DNA of 64,000 nucleotides from an uncultured bacterium (GTDB lineage Bacteria; Patescibacteriota; Minisyncoccia; Phycocordibacterales; Phycocordibacteraceae): NCBI GenBank assembly GCA_947085505.1, contig CAMTWI010000003.1, positions 7,319 to 71,318 of the forward strand, read 5' to 3'. Shown piece by piece: positions 63,880 to 64,000 of this stretch (position 1 is its first letter; each line of letters starts with the position of its first letter). The notes under the pieces were generated by a model. It saw only the letters and a program-made list of their open reading frames with translations, ran no database searches and was not told where the DNA came from. The position numbers and the translations under genes were made by a program.

Positions 63880-64000
63880 TCATGTCGCAAGGTAATCCTT
63901 ACCTTTTTGTGTAAGGACACGTCCTCTTGGAGACCGCTCAACAAATCCAAGTCTCAAGAGATACGGTTCGTAGACATTCTCAACGGTATCGGGGTCCTCA
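63880..64000 (-). CDS. ruvB: Holliday junction helicase RuvB, C-terminal fragment (gene continues beyond window)
   Basis: Hand translation gives ...[39 protein letters not shown], matching the RuvB C-terminal winged-helix consensus. Confidence 0.55.
   Translation of the reverse strand, partial: EDPDTVENVYEPYLLRLGFVERSPRGRVLTQKGKDYLAT

Noticed and set aside
1-64000. CRISPR arrays, rRNA operons, IS elements, prophage genes
   Set aside because: No regularly spaced direct repeats were found and no transposase or integrase-like ORFs beyond Xer. No 16S or 23S-like conserved stretches were recognised by eye.

Overview
This is a gene-dense window, roughly 90% coding and around 50-55% GC by eye, from a bacterial chromosome that spans the replication origin. 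The origin region reads rpmH-rnpA-yidC on the minus strand and dnaA-dnaN on the plus strand. There is a DnaA box immediately upstream of dnaA, and further DnaA-box-like sequences in the dnaA-dnaN spacer.

Four things make the gene content look like a monoderm, reduced-genome lineage, possibly CPR/Patescibacteria such as Saccharibacteria. They are a short-form YidC, RNase Y, a Cheo-type LexA box, and a PrgI/VirB4-type type IV secretion (T4SS) module. This lineage call is inference only.

Housekeeping genes recognised by hand are rpmB, rpsO, rpmH, nusA, clpP, rny, hup, ppa, pgk, tpiA, sodA, rnhA, recJ, a uvrD/pcrA-type helicase, rsmA/ksgA, xth, xerC/D, cca, dnaA, dnaN, ruvC, the ruvB C-terminus, yebC, a class A PBP, a LysM-M23 peptidase and a lysA-like decarboxylase. 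Four tRNA genes sit on the minus strand: Gly-UCC, Pro-UGG, Gly-GCC and Arg-UCG.

Three multi-gene modules stand out.
- Type IV pilus block (13.8-21.9 kb). It holds pilB, pilC and an operon of three pilin-like genes. One is a PilX-like protein; the middle one has a textbook G|FTLMEM prepilin leader. A GC-rich small membrane ORF sits between pilC and pilB.
- Type IV secretion-like operon (43.1-55.6 kb). It is about 12.5 kb of tightly packed plus-strand genes. They include a giant VirB6/TrbL-like protein, a PrgI/VirB3-like protein, and a VirB4 ATPase interrupted by an in-frame TAA. Several secreted or anchored proteins of unknown function are present, among them a pilin-like protein with a Cys-rich C-terminal domain. 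No relaxase or coupling protein is present. This is the best candidate here for an uncharacterised system.
- SOS cassette (1.0-3.0 kb). lexA sits with a Y-family polymerase, and a perfect Cheo-type SOS box lies at the lexA start.

Other oddities are listed below.
- comEC is encoded as two separate genes split by a divergently oriented sodA.
- A lysA-like gene is embedded in the tRNA array. The Pro and Arg tRNAs lack an encoded CCA, and cca lies next to them.
- A 12-16 nt motif, TTTCACGTG(G/A)AA, occurs four times, with a fifth near-copy, around the cca 3' end and the unusually long cca/xth intergenic region.
- A TetR gene has a palindromic operator in the divergent nusA promoter region.
- Two paralogous small bitopic proteins occur between ppa and clpP.
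- A 40-aa highly acidic micro-ORF lies between ruvC and the PBP gene.

No CRISPR array, rRNA or obvious IS element or prophage was seen.
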